A stretch of DNA of 64,000 nt from Rhizodiscina lignyota. Taxonomy: Eukaryota. The DNA lies in contig ML978130.1 in assembly GCA_010015805.1 (NCBI GenBank), positions 62,001 through 126,000 on the forward strand. Reading direction: 5' to 3'. Below are positions 12,114 through 23,600 of this stretch, piece after piece. Under the pieces are notes generated by a model, which saw only the letters and a program-made list of their open reading frames with translations, had not been told where the DNA came from and made no database searches. A program made the position numbers and the translations under genes. The stretch's first letter is position 1. Each line of letters starts with the position of its first letter.

Positions 12114-13718
12114 TCAAATCTTCATCACTCCAGCCGAGACAAACCCATTCACGACGCTGGTAAGAAGTTGATTCGCAATGGCCGTTCGCGGTGGAAGGCG
12201 GAGGCCGCCTTCTCTCCATTCTGGACCGGGCTGTTAAACATGTGTTAGCAAATAGTCCCTTCCCGTACACAGTAATGAGTGCAAGGTCAGAGGAAAAGGG
12301 AGCATACAGGCTCCGCAGTGCGCATTCTGCCCTGTTCGTCCTGCGTGCCCAAAATTCCAAGTGTCAGAAAGACAGTCATTCTCATAAGACCAACGCCAAT
12401 GAAAATGCAAAACAGAAAACATATGAAAACGCCAGACAACTCACCCTCTCACCAAGGCCACTAGTCCCCACCCTCAGTGCTTCCCTAACCTCATCTAACG
12501 AAAACCACTTCGCATCCTCCAACTCGGGATCATTCCCCAAATCCACCACCTCACCATCCGGCGTAGCCTGACCAATCGCGCCGATCATCAGATTCGCTGG
12601 ATACGGCCATGGCTGTGTGGAATGCACGACCACCCTGCCCAGCTTAATCCCACTCTCCTCCCAAACCTCCCTGCGCACCGCCTCCTCCACACTCTCCGCC
12701 GGCTCCAGAAAGCCCGCGAGCGTGCTGTACCAGTGCGCCGGCCAGCGTCTCTGCCTTCCTAACAAAATGCGCTGGCCGTCGTGGCTGACGCACGCCATGA
12801 TAACGGTCGGGTCGGTCCTGGGGAACTGGAGATTCGAGATGACGCCTCTGGTGGGGCATGATGGACGATCAAATGGTTTCTCCGGCACACCGGCGCCCTG
12901 GGTGCCGCTGGCGAGGAGCTGCGAGAAGTCTGTGGGCGGGCAGGTGCGCTTGAAGCCTGCGTTGACGGAGAACGTAGGCTGTCCGCAGCCACCGCAGAAG
13001 GGATTGCGCGCGTTCCAGTCGAGGAGGTGGCGCGCTTCAGCGTATATCGCGGCTGCAGAACTGTCAGAATTACCATATTGGAATAAGAAATGGCGAAGTT
13101 CACCTTCTTCCGCTGGCAGAGCCATATGTAGCCTTCCCTTGGAGAAATGCACGCCCTTATCCTCAAACGACTTGATCAACGCCTCCGCAGCCTCCTTGAT
13201 GCTCTCATGCTTCGGCGTGACGTCGACGGCAAAGAACGGCGCGCCCTTGTAGCCCTTCTTGGTCGTCACGCCGTCCTTGTCTTCGTGCAGGCCCAGGAAG
13301 ATCATCTGCGGGATATACGTGGTGCTGTTGTACTCTTTGACCAGGTCCTCCTCGCTCTTTGAGTATGGATCATCTCCGATTATCGGCTTGACGTCTGCGT
13401 ATGTTGCATAGTGCAGCTTCGTGGGACTCTCCACCAACGGCTCGAGCTTGTTGAAGATGAGGAACGTGGTCGTGTGGTGCGTTAATGCATGGGAGAGGAA
13501 TGGATGATCTTGTCTGAGGAAAGACACTCTATTCAGCGGCGATCCTGTTGCATATTAGCATCTGTGAAGCGCATTGAATTCGGAGCGAGCGGCGCGCCTG
13601 AGAAGTAGTTGGCGACCTCCTTCCCGAACTTTCTTGACAACATCGAGTCCAAGTCTGGGTGCGCCGGCTCCGGAAGCTCTGGCTGCGGCAACCTTTTGTC
13701 CTCGCTGTTCGAAGTCAT
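12114..13718 (-). CDS. NPY1: NADH pyrophosphatase (Nudix, NudC/NPY1 family)
   Basis: Nudix box GFLEPAESVEEAVRREVWEESG, QPWPYP, FCGGCG and FPRTDP motifs. Introns 13545-13597 (GC-AG), 13053-13103 and 12231-12444. Last exon PGPEWREGGLRLPPRTAIANQL...VMKI*. Alternative in-frame ATG at 13856. Confidence 0.92.
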
Positions 13719-14013
13719 GGGAGTGGATTTGGTGTTGAAATGCGCAATCAACCAGCTCGCACGTAATGTGAACTTGGCAGAAGGAACGACAGTGAGATTG
13801 AACCGAGTATACAGAAATTGATTAGTATACTTGAACCTGAGTGCCCTGGGTATCATGGAGCGAAGGCAGTTCTACTAGTAGTGATGTTGATTAGAGAGCG
13901 AAAGCGGGGGGGTGACGCTGGAGCTCGGGAGGTTTTCCGTTCGGCGGCAGTGAGGTGCTCCGACCATCCACCGAAGACGGAACAGACTCTTCCATCATTT
14001 TATATCACTGAAA

Positions 14014-14960
14014 ATGAGTCGCTTTTACGTGCGTATTACTTCTCAGAGGCCTGCTATATCGCCCAATTGACAATTCGGTAGTTCAGCTCCCCAAGCTCCA
14101 ACCCCGCCGACGGCGACTCGGACATCGACTTCAACCTCGCCCTCGACGACGACCTCCCCTACCCCGAGCCCATCTCGCGCGACCCCTTCCTCTCCCCCAA
14201 CTTTATCCCAAGCGCATACCTCTCTTCCTTAAACGTCCGCACAAGACATCAGACCCTCGAAGACCTGCGGGCCGAGCTCCGCCAGCGCAGCCAGGACCTC
14301 TCGAAGGAGCTGCTCGACCTCGTCAACAGCAACTATCAGGACTTTCTGGGCCTAGGGGGCAGTTTGAAGGGCGGAGAGGAGAAGGTTGAGGAGGTTAGGG
14401 TTGGGCTGTTGGGATTTCAGAGGGGTGTGAGAGAGCTGAGAGGGTTGGTGGGGGAGAGAAGGAGGGAGGTGGAGGGGCTGTTGAAGGAAAGGGAGGAGCT
14501 GTGGAGAGAACGGCAGGTTGCAAGAGGACTGTTGGATGTTGATGCGAGATTGGTGGAACTGGAGGAGAAGCTCATGCTACAGTCTGCGGGCAAGAAGAAC
14601 GCCATAGATGCAGAGGCAGATAATGACAGTGAGTCCGAAGAGGACGACGACGAGGACGAGGAAGGCGTGGACGCAGCAGATGGAACTTTCGTGCCACTGA
14701 AGAGGTTGCAAAGACACACACAACGGTATCTGTGTCTTCTGGAAGTCATGGAGCGAGTGGGCCCGGAGCATCCATTCATCAAGGCGCAAGACGCGCGTAT
14801 CATGAGGGCGCGGAACACGTTGCTACTGGATTTGAGCACGGCGTTGAAGCAAGCAAGGGGACTGGGAGAAGCAGGAAGAGGACAACTCATGAAACTTTTG
14901 GTATTGTTTCGAGACCTGGATGAAGAGAAAGAGGCCGTCAAAGTATTGAAAGGCCATTGA
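14014..14960 (+). CDS. COG2: Conserved oligomeric Golgi complex subunit 2
   Basis: Exon 1 MSRFY (14014-14028), intron 14029-14081, then LPYPEPISR..RHQTLEDLRAELR..ELLDLVNSNYQDFLGLGGSLKGGEEKVEEVRVGLLGF, typical of the fungal COG2 N-terminal domain. Confidence 0.85.
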
Positions 14961-15434
14961 ATCGTGCATCTCAGGACAGCTGTGTGCGAAAAGTTCCAGC
15001 AAGCCAACGGCCCGCGAAGCCACCGTATTATAATAGCCACCCGGCATTTCCGAGAAGCTTCCTTGCGCCGATGAGTTAATATTCGAGACGGTTTGGAAGT
15101 AGCTTGCCACCCTGGTTTGGAGCATTTGCTCCTCGTTGTCACGACAGAGAGACGACGTTGCAGGCCCCGTATATGCCCATCAAAGACTAGCTCCTTCATA
15201 AATCAACTCCCTGAGCACTGTCAACGTTTTCCATCAAAACTCATAGCCCTTCTGGAGGTCCGCCCTAACGCCAAAACCTTCCACAAATCTTGAGAAAGCA
15301 ACCATCCAAAGAATCCAGCTAACGCTGATATCGTTCTAACGCCTTCCGAATCGCGAACAAGACATTTCCGATCCAATCAAATCGTGACTTCGCTTCAAGC
15401 CACGTCCACTAAATACAGTTGCCTGGTCACAAGG

Positions 15435-16523
15435 CTAGTCCTGGCTCTTCAACTGGAGATGACAATGGTACACACTCGGGTAGTGCCTTGAAAGGCTCTT
15501 CAAAGCCATGGTTATAGTACCTCCTTTCTTGGCTACTCTGTCTTCGGGATGAGGGCGCGGACAGATCGGCACAAGGTTCTTGGTCATCCAGCTATATAGC
15601 TTCGGATATTCCCCCTTCTTGAAATGAGCGAATCCGCCATTCAGTGTCCATGGTTTAACCCTCGAGGTGAAGATCGTGGCGAGGCACGCCGATACGCCCT
15701 TTCTATGCTCCTTTGAGGCTCCCGATTCGAGTTTTGAGACTACTGATTCAAGGTCTTCCGGCTTCAACACTCGCCCCACGCCAGCCCGCAGTAAACCCAG
15801 CGTTATTTCAACGTTTTCCATCGTAATGGCCTCGATGATGGCATTCCGAGCAGGAATATAAGGTATCTGCAACTCGTTTTCAAACAGATCCTGCAACAAG
15901 TCAATCTTATCATTCAGGCGGTGTTCGAAGAGCACTGAAGGAATTTCAAGTCCTCGAATTTCTGCAATTTGCATAGGGCGGTCCTCCCACGGCCTGTAAT
16001 ATTTAGCAAACCCTCGATTGTGGAAGTGGCCGAACGGAAGACGCCAATGCTCATCCTTATCCACCATGAAATGTTTCCTTGCGCGGGCGCGTAGACCTCT
16101 GAATAGCGATGCAGTCATGAGCTCTGAATGGAGCGTTTGCAAAACTAGGGGCTGATGAGCATTATCTTTGGTAGATTTGCGATATACCGGAAGATTCTGA
16201 GGTATGTAACTGAAGCGAAGCTCCTGAGACAGTCGATCAGCGAAGCGAGACCGGAGTGCACCGTTGAGCAGTTTGCCGCTCAGTGTTGGCGATGTGAGAG
16301 GAAAGTCGAGGTTTAGGCTCATCATCCAGATATCCTGTAACAGCTCATTCGGGAGTTCCTCAAGCTTAGCTGAGCCCCTTGCGTACGGGTTAAGCTTCTA
16401 TTCCACTGTCAGCTACTTGATGTCGCGCCAAACACGTTATATTATACGCACTATAGAGTTTGTAGGCTTCGGTTTGGCCTCTGTCTGGACCCTCGGGGCT
16501 GTGAACTTCCGCTTGGCTGCCAT
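15435..16523 (-). CDS. Hypothetical protein with N-terminal F-box-like motif
   Basis: ATG 16523 (MAAKRKF). Intron 16398-16451 (GTGCGT..GCTGAC..TAG) joins in frame to KLEELPNELLQDIWMMSLNLDFPLTSPTLSGKL, an F-box-like pattern. The remainder is not recognised. Confidence 0.55.
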
Positions 16524-17608
16524 GGTTGAGGTGAAGTTTGCAGAGAGGTATGTATTGCCAGTTGAAGGTGGAGGTTGTAGAAAAAAGAGAGGCTGTGGAG
16601 AATTCTGAGATTTATATAAAAAGTCGACACCAGTGGTAGAACACGGCCAACCAGGAGGACAACACTGGACGTGTTTGGAAGATGTAGCAATCAAAGACTT
16701 GAATTGAAGTCTGCTTCATGCGAAGTCAGAGAGGGCAAGACAGTGTCTTGTCCTGTGCCTTACACATAAAAATTTATAATTAAATATGTCAAGATTTCTC
16801 GCTTGACTAGACGCATCTTGAATTTGAACTCGATTGGATTCATCGATTTACATACCGGGAGTGACGATTTTTTTTAACTTCGCAGTTCCTTACCACAGAT
16901 ATTGTAATCAGGCTTTTAAGTCGAAGACGACGTCTATATGGTCTAGCGGAACTTCCTAAAATTCCTTAATGATCTCCTTTCTCTTCTATTAAGCGTTCGA
17001 TATAGGAAATCGAATACCTCGTGTCAAGAATGTCGTTCGTCCAATTCGAAACGTTAAGATCTCATACTTAAAACGAAGGAAACCTCAACTGAAGCACACG
17101 CCTCATCTCACGAAGGTCAATAAATAGACTCAAGTGTTCGGCTATTAGGCAAATTGTAAGGGTTAAGGATGGTCTTTTGACATGAAAACTTCCGTGAGCG
17201 CCTTCCACTAGGCTCATCCTTGACTCAAAACTTTCACCTCTGATACGTGGACAGCATGACACGGAAAAAGTTATGAAGTAAACTGAATTTGGTCCTATCG
17301 TACAAAGAAAGGCCCTCGTGAATCAATTCTGAAAAAGTAGAATAGCCACGGTTGTCCACCCAATAGCACCACCGACGCCGATGTTATCACATGCCCAAAA
17401 GCAAGTGCATAATCCGCTCATAGTGCCAAACTCCATGCTCAGACCGATAGCAAGCAAGTAAAAACCTGCCGAGAATCCAAAGCCACAACTGTCCCACCCA
17501 GAGTCAAGCAACTCCATACCCCAGAGCAACGCATTTCAGCCCGCCATCAAACTCGCACTCTTCATCTCTCACCAATCACCCAGCAAACTCTCCATTTTCA
17601 CCACCACA

Positions 17609-20600
17609 TTATAGATACGGCATCCAAAGCGGATCCGTCTGACTCAAGTGCTTCGGATCGACCGCCTTGGCCACGTAATCCACGACCGTCTGGTTCGCAG
17701 GCAAATTGTTCTCTCCTGGTTGCGCAAGAGCTTTCGCCCTACGCACCACAATATCGCTGTTCCCCTGCACTGCCTCGCGCATCTGGCTATCAATCGCTGC
17801 TTGGCGATGGCTCTGCGTCAGCCACCATGCCACCTCGTCGCGCACAAACACCGCAAGCTGCATCTCCATGCCCAAGCCCTGATCTTTCTCCGTCAAACAC
17901 CTGGCAATTGCCATAATCGCTGGAGCGAAAATACCCTCTGTCGCGAGCGGGCCCATTAAGGTCTGGAGATTGGGCGTCAGGCGAAAGGGCACGGGCTCTG
18001 GATTCTGGAAGATTGGTTTCTGTTGCGTCATGGCAGGGACGAGCTCGGTGCCCCAGACATGCAGTTTCTCGCGACTGATGAGCATCTTGTGTGGGAAGCG
18101 GGCGTTCATGTGCATGACATGCGTCATGAAAGTGAGCGTGGCAAACTGGTATGCGAAGGCGCGGCGGAAGAGCCAGAAGGTGTCGAAGGCCGGGTACGTG
18201 GCGGCGAAGTAGTCGAGAACAATGGTGTTGGGAACGTACTTGTCTTGGATGGCGGTGAGGGTCTCGAGGCGCGTGTTGGTATACTGATCGTTGTTGCGCT
18301 GCAACGTGTCAGAACCTTGCGTGTATGTGAACTCAAGGCGGAGACTTACGGGTGCCAAAGACCTCAACTTGTCAATCATGAACAGAATCGGTTCATCCCT
18401 GTTCACTCCGTTCCTCCTGCAGTGATCCTCAAAGATTCCCTGCAAGCTGACATGGCTCCCATCGTCCTGCATGAGCCGCACGTTCGGGCTAAGTGGGATC
18501 ATCAGCGGCAGATGGAACTGCAAATTGCGACGCCTGCTCTCCTTGCGCTTCATGAGAACGCCATTGAAGATCCTGAACAGCTGCACAATGCGCTCCTCGC
18601 GGCGGCAGTGCTTACCAGCGGGGTACTGAACCGCGAATGGATGCACGCTTCCATCATGACCACGAATCTTGAGACGACGATGACAATGTCCAGCGCCGCG
18701 AACAAGGTCGATGTTCTGCAAGAAGCGCTCGATACGAACAAAATCCTGGTTCTTGTCCTTGTGCAGAAGATATTGTCCCGGCACTTCAATCTCGTCAAAC
18801 TTCTGGAAGCGAATCTCGCTAAGGTGTGCACTAAGACTTTCAAGACCAACAGGCGATTGTCGACGATCGAGCTTCTCCTCAAAGCGGTTGCGCCACATGC
18901 GAAGCTTATGGATGTACTGGAACATCGTCGGCTTCTTCTTGACAAAGTCCTCCTCAAAAGACGGACGAATATGATGCGGCAAGACAGCCTGAGCGAATCG
19001 ATCTATGTTGGCTTCCGTCGCTTGAGGAAGCTTGACATCTTGAGCGTAGAGCTGAGGTTGCTTTCCGACGTAAGTGAGCGCATCGTTCAGCAGCGCAACG
19101 ATCAGGCGGTATGCATCTTCATCCGGCTGGGACTTGAAGTGTCGCTGGATTTGATCGACCATTGCCTCCATCGAAAGAGCCAGCAGTGGGAAGGCCGTCT
19201 TGAGCGCGGTACTAATATCCTCGGTGTGCTCCCAAGGCTTCTTCGGGGCAGGCGGCGAAGCAGCATTTCCAGATCCATTGACGCCGTTCGCTTCAGCACT
19301 GTCCGTCTTCGGTGTGGCACTCGGTCCATTCGCATTCGGGGTACCATTTTGCTGCGCGTCCCCATTCGCAGTGCCTGGCCTGGTGCTATCAATGGCCATG
19401 GCATCCGCAGTAGCCGGCCTCGAAGGGGGAGAGCTCTGCTTAGCTAGCGTTGGCGAGCCTTGGACTGGCGCAGGTGTCGAGCCTTGACCTCCAGCCTTTG
19501 CAGCCTTTGCAGCCTTCTCTCTAGCCTCCTTCTGCTCCTGCTGGCGTTTGATAGCGTGCATGTCTTCCCTGCTAGTACGAAGATGGAAGAATAAGGCCTG
19601 AGGATACGTCTTCGCCAGCTTGCTCAGAATTAAACGCGCAATTGGGGCTTCTTGTCGTGACAAGCTGAGGAGCAGCTGCGGAATGTACGTAATCCAATAC
19701 CACACAGGCGTATCGCCTTTGAACTGCTCGAACGTCTTGGCAAGCTGGTGCTCAGCGTCGTCAAGACTAAGCAGCCAGAGAATCCGGCCATTCAGTTTCC
19801 TCGATTTGGCGTTCTTGAACTGACCTGCTGCTTCCAAATAGCAGCTAATCGCAGATGACGCCTTCTCCAGATTCGTGGGATCCTCTTTAAACAGCATGTC
19901 ATTGTAGTGGCCCCACTCAGCCCAAGCTTTCGGCAGCTTAATGTCGAAGTACAAAGCACTGCCGAATGCGTCGTTGGCCTCGCTCTTCTGGCCGAGTTTG
20001 TTGAGGAACATGCCCTTGAGAGTGTAAAATTCTGCCTTCTGTTGGTTGCCAAAGTAGTTGAGGTTGGTATTGTTGATGACGTCCAGGCCACTATTGAGTT
20101 CCTTATCGTTCTGGTAGTGGCACTTCGCTTGTTCACGCAGTTTGAGGAACGCTTCCTGGATCTCGATATTGGGAAGCGTGTAGATCTTGCCAAGCTGCTG
20201 AATGCACACGTCCGGAAGGTTATGCTTGCGCGCAACGTGAGCGAAGCGATTAATGATCCAAGCAGTTTCATGGTATCCTCGATACGCGTAAGAGTTCCCG
20301 GTCGCATTACCCTGCTGCGGTGGAAGCAGCTGCAGATAGACACTATTGATTAGTGCAAAAATATGCTGTCTCCAAGTAACCAGATCCTGCCAAGCATTGA
20401 TATCGTCCCAGAAATTCGGCAAGCGCTCGCGCCACGTCGTAAGAAGCAGCTTGAGCTCTTGAGACTTGACGTCCAAGTTGCCCATATTCGTGGAATTGAG
20501 ACTCTGACAGATGACGCTCGCATCATGCAACTCGACCAAGTTCTGGAAGTTCTGCAAAATCGGGATATGCGCGTTCGTGATGCGTTTGGGAAGCTGATGC

Positions 20601-23600
20601 CACTTGCGAATCGACAATTGCACCGCCTCATCGCACACGCGATTAAAGTCCTGCGCAGACTCATTCTTCGTGTGGAACTTGAGCAGAGACATGAACGCTT
20701 CGAAGAATCGTCGGCGCGGTGTCGGGGCATCAGAAACGGACTTGATCATACTGTCAATCTGCTCTCTCGTCTCCTGGTTATTCCATAGATCGATATTGCG
20801 CCACGTTGCCTCGAGGTAGAGGTCATTGAAATTCTCATGCTTCGCAAAGTCGGCAATAATCTCCCAGTGCTGCAGCTTCTGCGCGCAGATGACCCAGTGG
20901 TCCTCCCAAAGCAGATACTCTGCCTGTGAGAAAGGAACGATGCCTGTGCGGGCCTTGATCTGCGCATTTTCATACAGTGTCTGCGCTTTGTCCCACGTGC
21001 CATTCTGCTCATACGAGAGCGCCGCGTTCGTCTCCATGTACTGGCATCGTCGGCGCCAAGTGCCATAGAAGAGATCATCTTCTTGTAGCGACGAGTAGAT
21101 GTCGAGTAGGGCATCCAGATTGCTCTCGCGAACCGACGGGACGTCCACGATTGGGGAAATTGCCATGTCCTCCATGAACTGCGCAGCCGTATACCACGCG
21201 TCGTAAGTCTTTGCGAGGAATTTCATGACATGTGGCGGGAACTTCAATCTCGGCCTCGCCCTCACAACTCCCTCGAGAATGCTCTGCACGCAATTCGGCC
21301 GCTTGTCAATCTGTCGTGTGTGGAAATCTTTGGTAACCAGCTGCGTGAGACCCTTCTCAAAATCATTTCGATCGTCCTTCGGGAAAGCTGACCAATAAAG
21401 CGGGAAGACAGCGACCCAAATCTGATGCGCAAGCTCCGAATCGGTATGCTGCAACTGTCCCAGCGGCTCCAGAATATCTCTAACCTTGAGTTCACCGACC
21501 TGCTGACAGAACTTGCGTTGCTCAGAAATGAGGCTCTCAAGCTGCTCATCAATCATCAGATCTGCCAACCTGGGATCCTTCTCATACGTCTCAAATAGCA
21601 CACTCGCTGGCACCGTCTTGAAGTCCTCCGGATGCAGCTGTGCTGGCACGCTCATCTCCACGCTTCCAAACAGCAATTGAATGACCTGGCTAAGCCAAAA
21701 GCTATCTGCCAGATTCGCCCAATCCTGACTCGTCATGACATAGCTCAAGCGACTGCTTGCCGTACGGGTGATATGCTTATCAAAAATGCTCATGAAGCGG
21801 TTGCGAATATCCACATCGGTCGCGCGACAGCCCACAAGGAAAGCAGGCTCCATGCGCACCGTCAGCTCCGAGCGAGTGATCCTGGAATCTTCGTAAATGC
21901 GAAGCACGAGATCCAAGAAGCGGTCCAGAAGCGCGCTATCGCCCTTTGCCTCAGCTCGCTGCTCGAAGAACAGCATCTTCGATAGCACAGCGGTCTTCTC
22001 CTTCATCGTGGGGATCGGCTCGCCGACCGCGAATATCCAGCCTTCGATGAGGTCCATAATCTGTGAACAGATGGCATTGCTAGGCGAACGCTCCACAAGT
22101 GTCGCTAGAGCGCTCAAGAACGGTCTTCGTTGATCGCCGAGAGTGTTGATGCGGCCAGCAAGAATGTCGATGATCTTAAGAATGAGGCTCTCCTGAATCT
22201 GCATCTCCTGCGCATCCTGTTGATTCGGATTACTCGGATCGACTCGGGCGGCTATCATCTGCTGAGGTGTCTGACCCGTCCAAGCAATGTTATCTTTGAT
22301 GAGCTTTGACGTGAAAATCTTCATGAGATGCGGGACATGTTGATCGATCTCTTCGGGACGGCGCTGCGCAAGGGTCCATAGCAAATTGATTGCGACAATG
22401 AGATTCGGCACATTGAGCGCCTCCGTCGCGACCGTACCGCAGAATGTCACAAATTCTGACCCGGGTGCATCTTCCATATTCTCGTCCTCGCCTGGTGCAG
22501 CCGGTTCGGGCAGAACATCCAGAATCCTGCGCACTAATGGGACCATCTTGGGATCATTCTCGCCGCCCTCGTCAATAGCATGCAGACAATCCTGCATCTC
22601 GACATCCTCGATCCTCGCGGGCTTCTCCAGCAACGACTGCAGCTTCGGTACACGCTCCAGCACCCATTCATCGCTCTTGACATTGACAATGACCTTGAGT
22701 ATCTGCAGAGTATTGATCAGCTTAGTCCGATAGCTCTCCTCCTTCTCGTCCGGTTGCTTCTCGTTCGTTAACACCGGAATGATAATCTTTGGAAAGCTCG
22801 CTTCCACATCCAAATCGCTCCAGCAGCCAGGCGAAAGAAGATTGTGCAGTAGTCTCAGAGCCTTCCTGCTCGCCTCGGTGGACTGGAGTGCCGAAGAGCT
22901 CATTGGCTCCTTATACTTGATCGACGAGACGGGATATCGTTCCGGTAGCTGCGCGATGAACTGCGTGAGATATCTAACGAGTCCGTTCCTCATCTGGGGC
23001 GGAGCGACAAAGACTCTCTTCTTTTGTGGTGAAGGAGATGCCGTGCCATCGGCCTTCCTCTTCATTCCCGGGCTAGCATCAATATCCATCGCCTCCGACT
23101 CATCAGCAGCCTCTCTAGCAGCGCGCTCCTCCCACTGCCAAATCATGCCAATAAGATTTAGCGCAAGCTTCTTATTCTCGTTCTGCAGGCTTGGCGGTTG
23201 CGCAATCTTCGACAGACTCGGGATAATCACGATACTCAGCGCTTCTCTTGCCTCGTAAAATAGATCCGGATGTCTGACCAAGAAGTTGAAAATGCTCATG
23301 AGTTGCTGCAGATTATGACTCTCCTCCGCGAGCACCTTTTTGGGCATTCTTGCCCACAGCGGCAACTTGCCATCGCTCCCAGGGATGCGCTTTTTCAGCA
23401 CCGGCGCAATAAGCTCAAGTGCCTGCATGACAAGGCTGCGGCCCTCATTTTGATGCGCCTTGAGCAGCGCGTGGTAGACCTGACTGCCAATCTTGGGCGG
23501 TGTCTCGTACGTCGCGATAAAGTATGCAATGACCACGTACGCAGCATGCTTGTTGATGATATCTTCGAGCTTGACCCAAGTATAACCGAACTTGATGACG

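Noticed and set aside
18023..19447. 474-aa plus-strand ORF and many other antisense ORFs within TRA1 and other genes
   Set aside because: Shadow ORFs caused by codon bias of the real gene on the opposite strand; no motifs.
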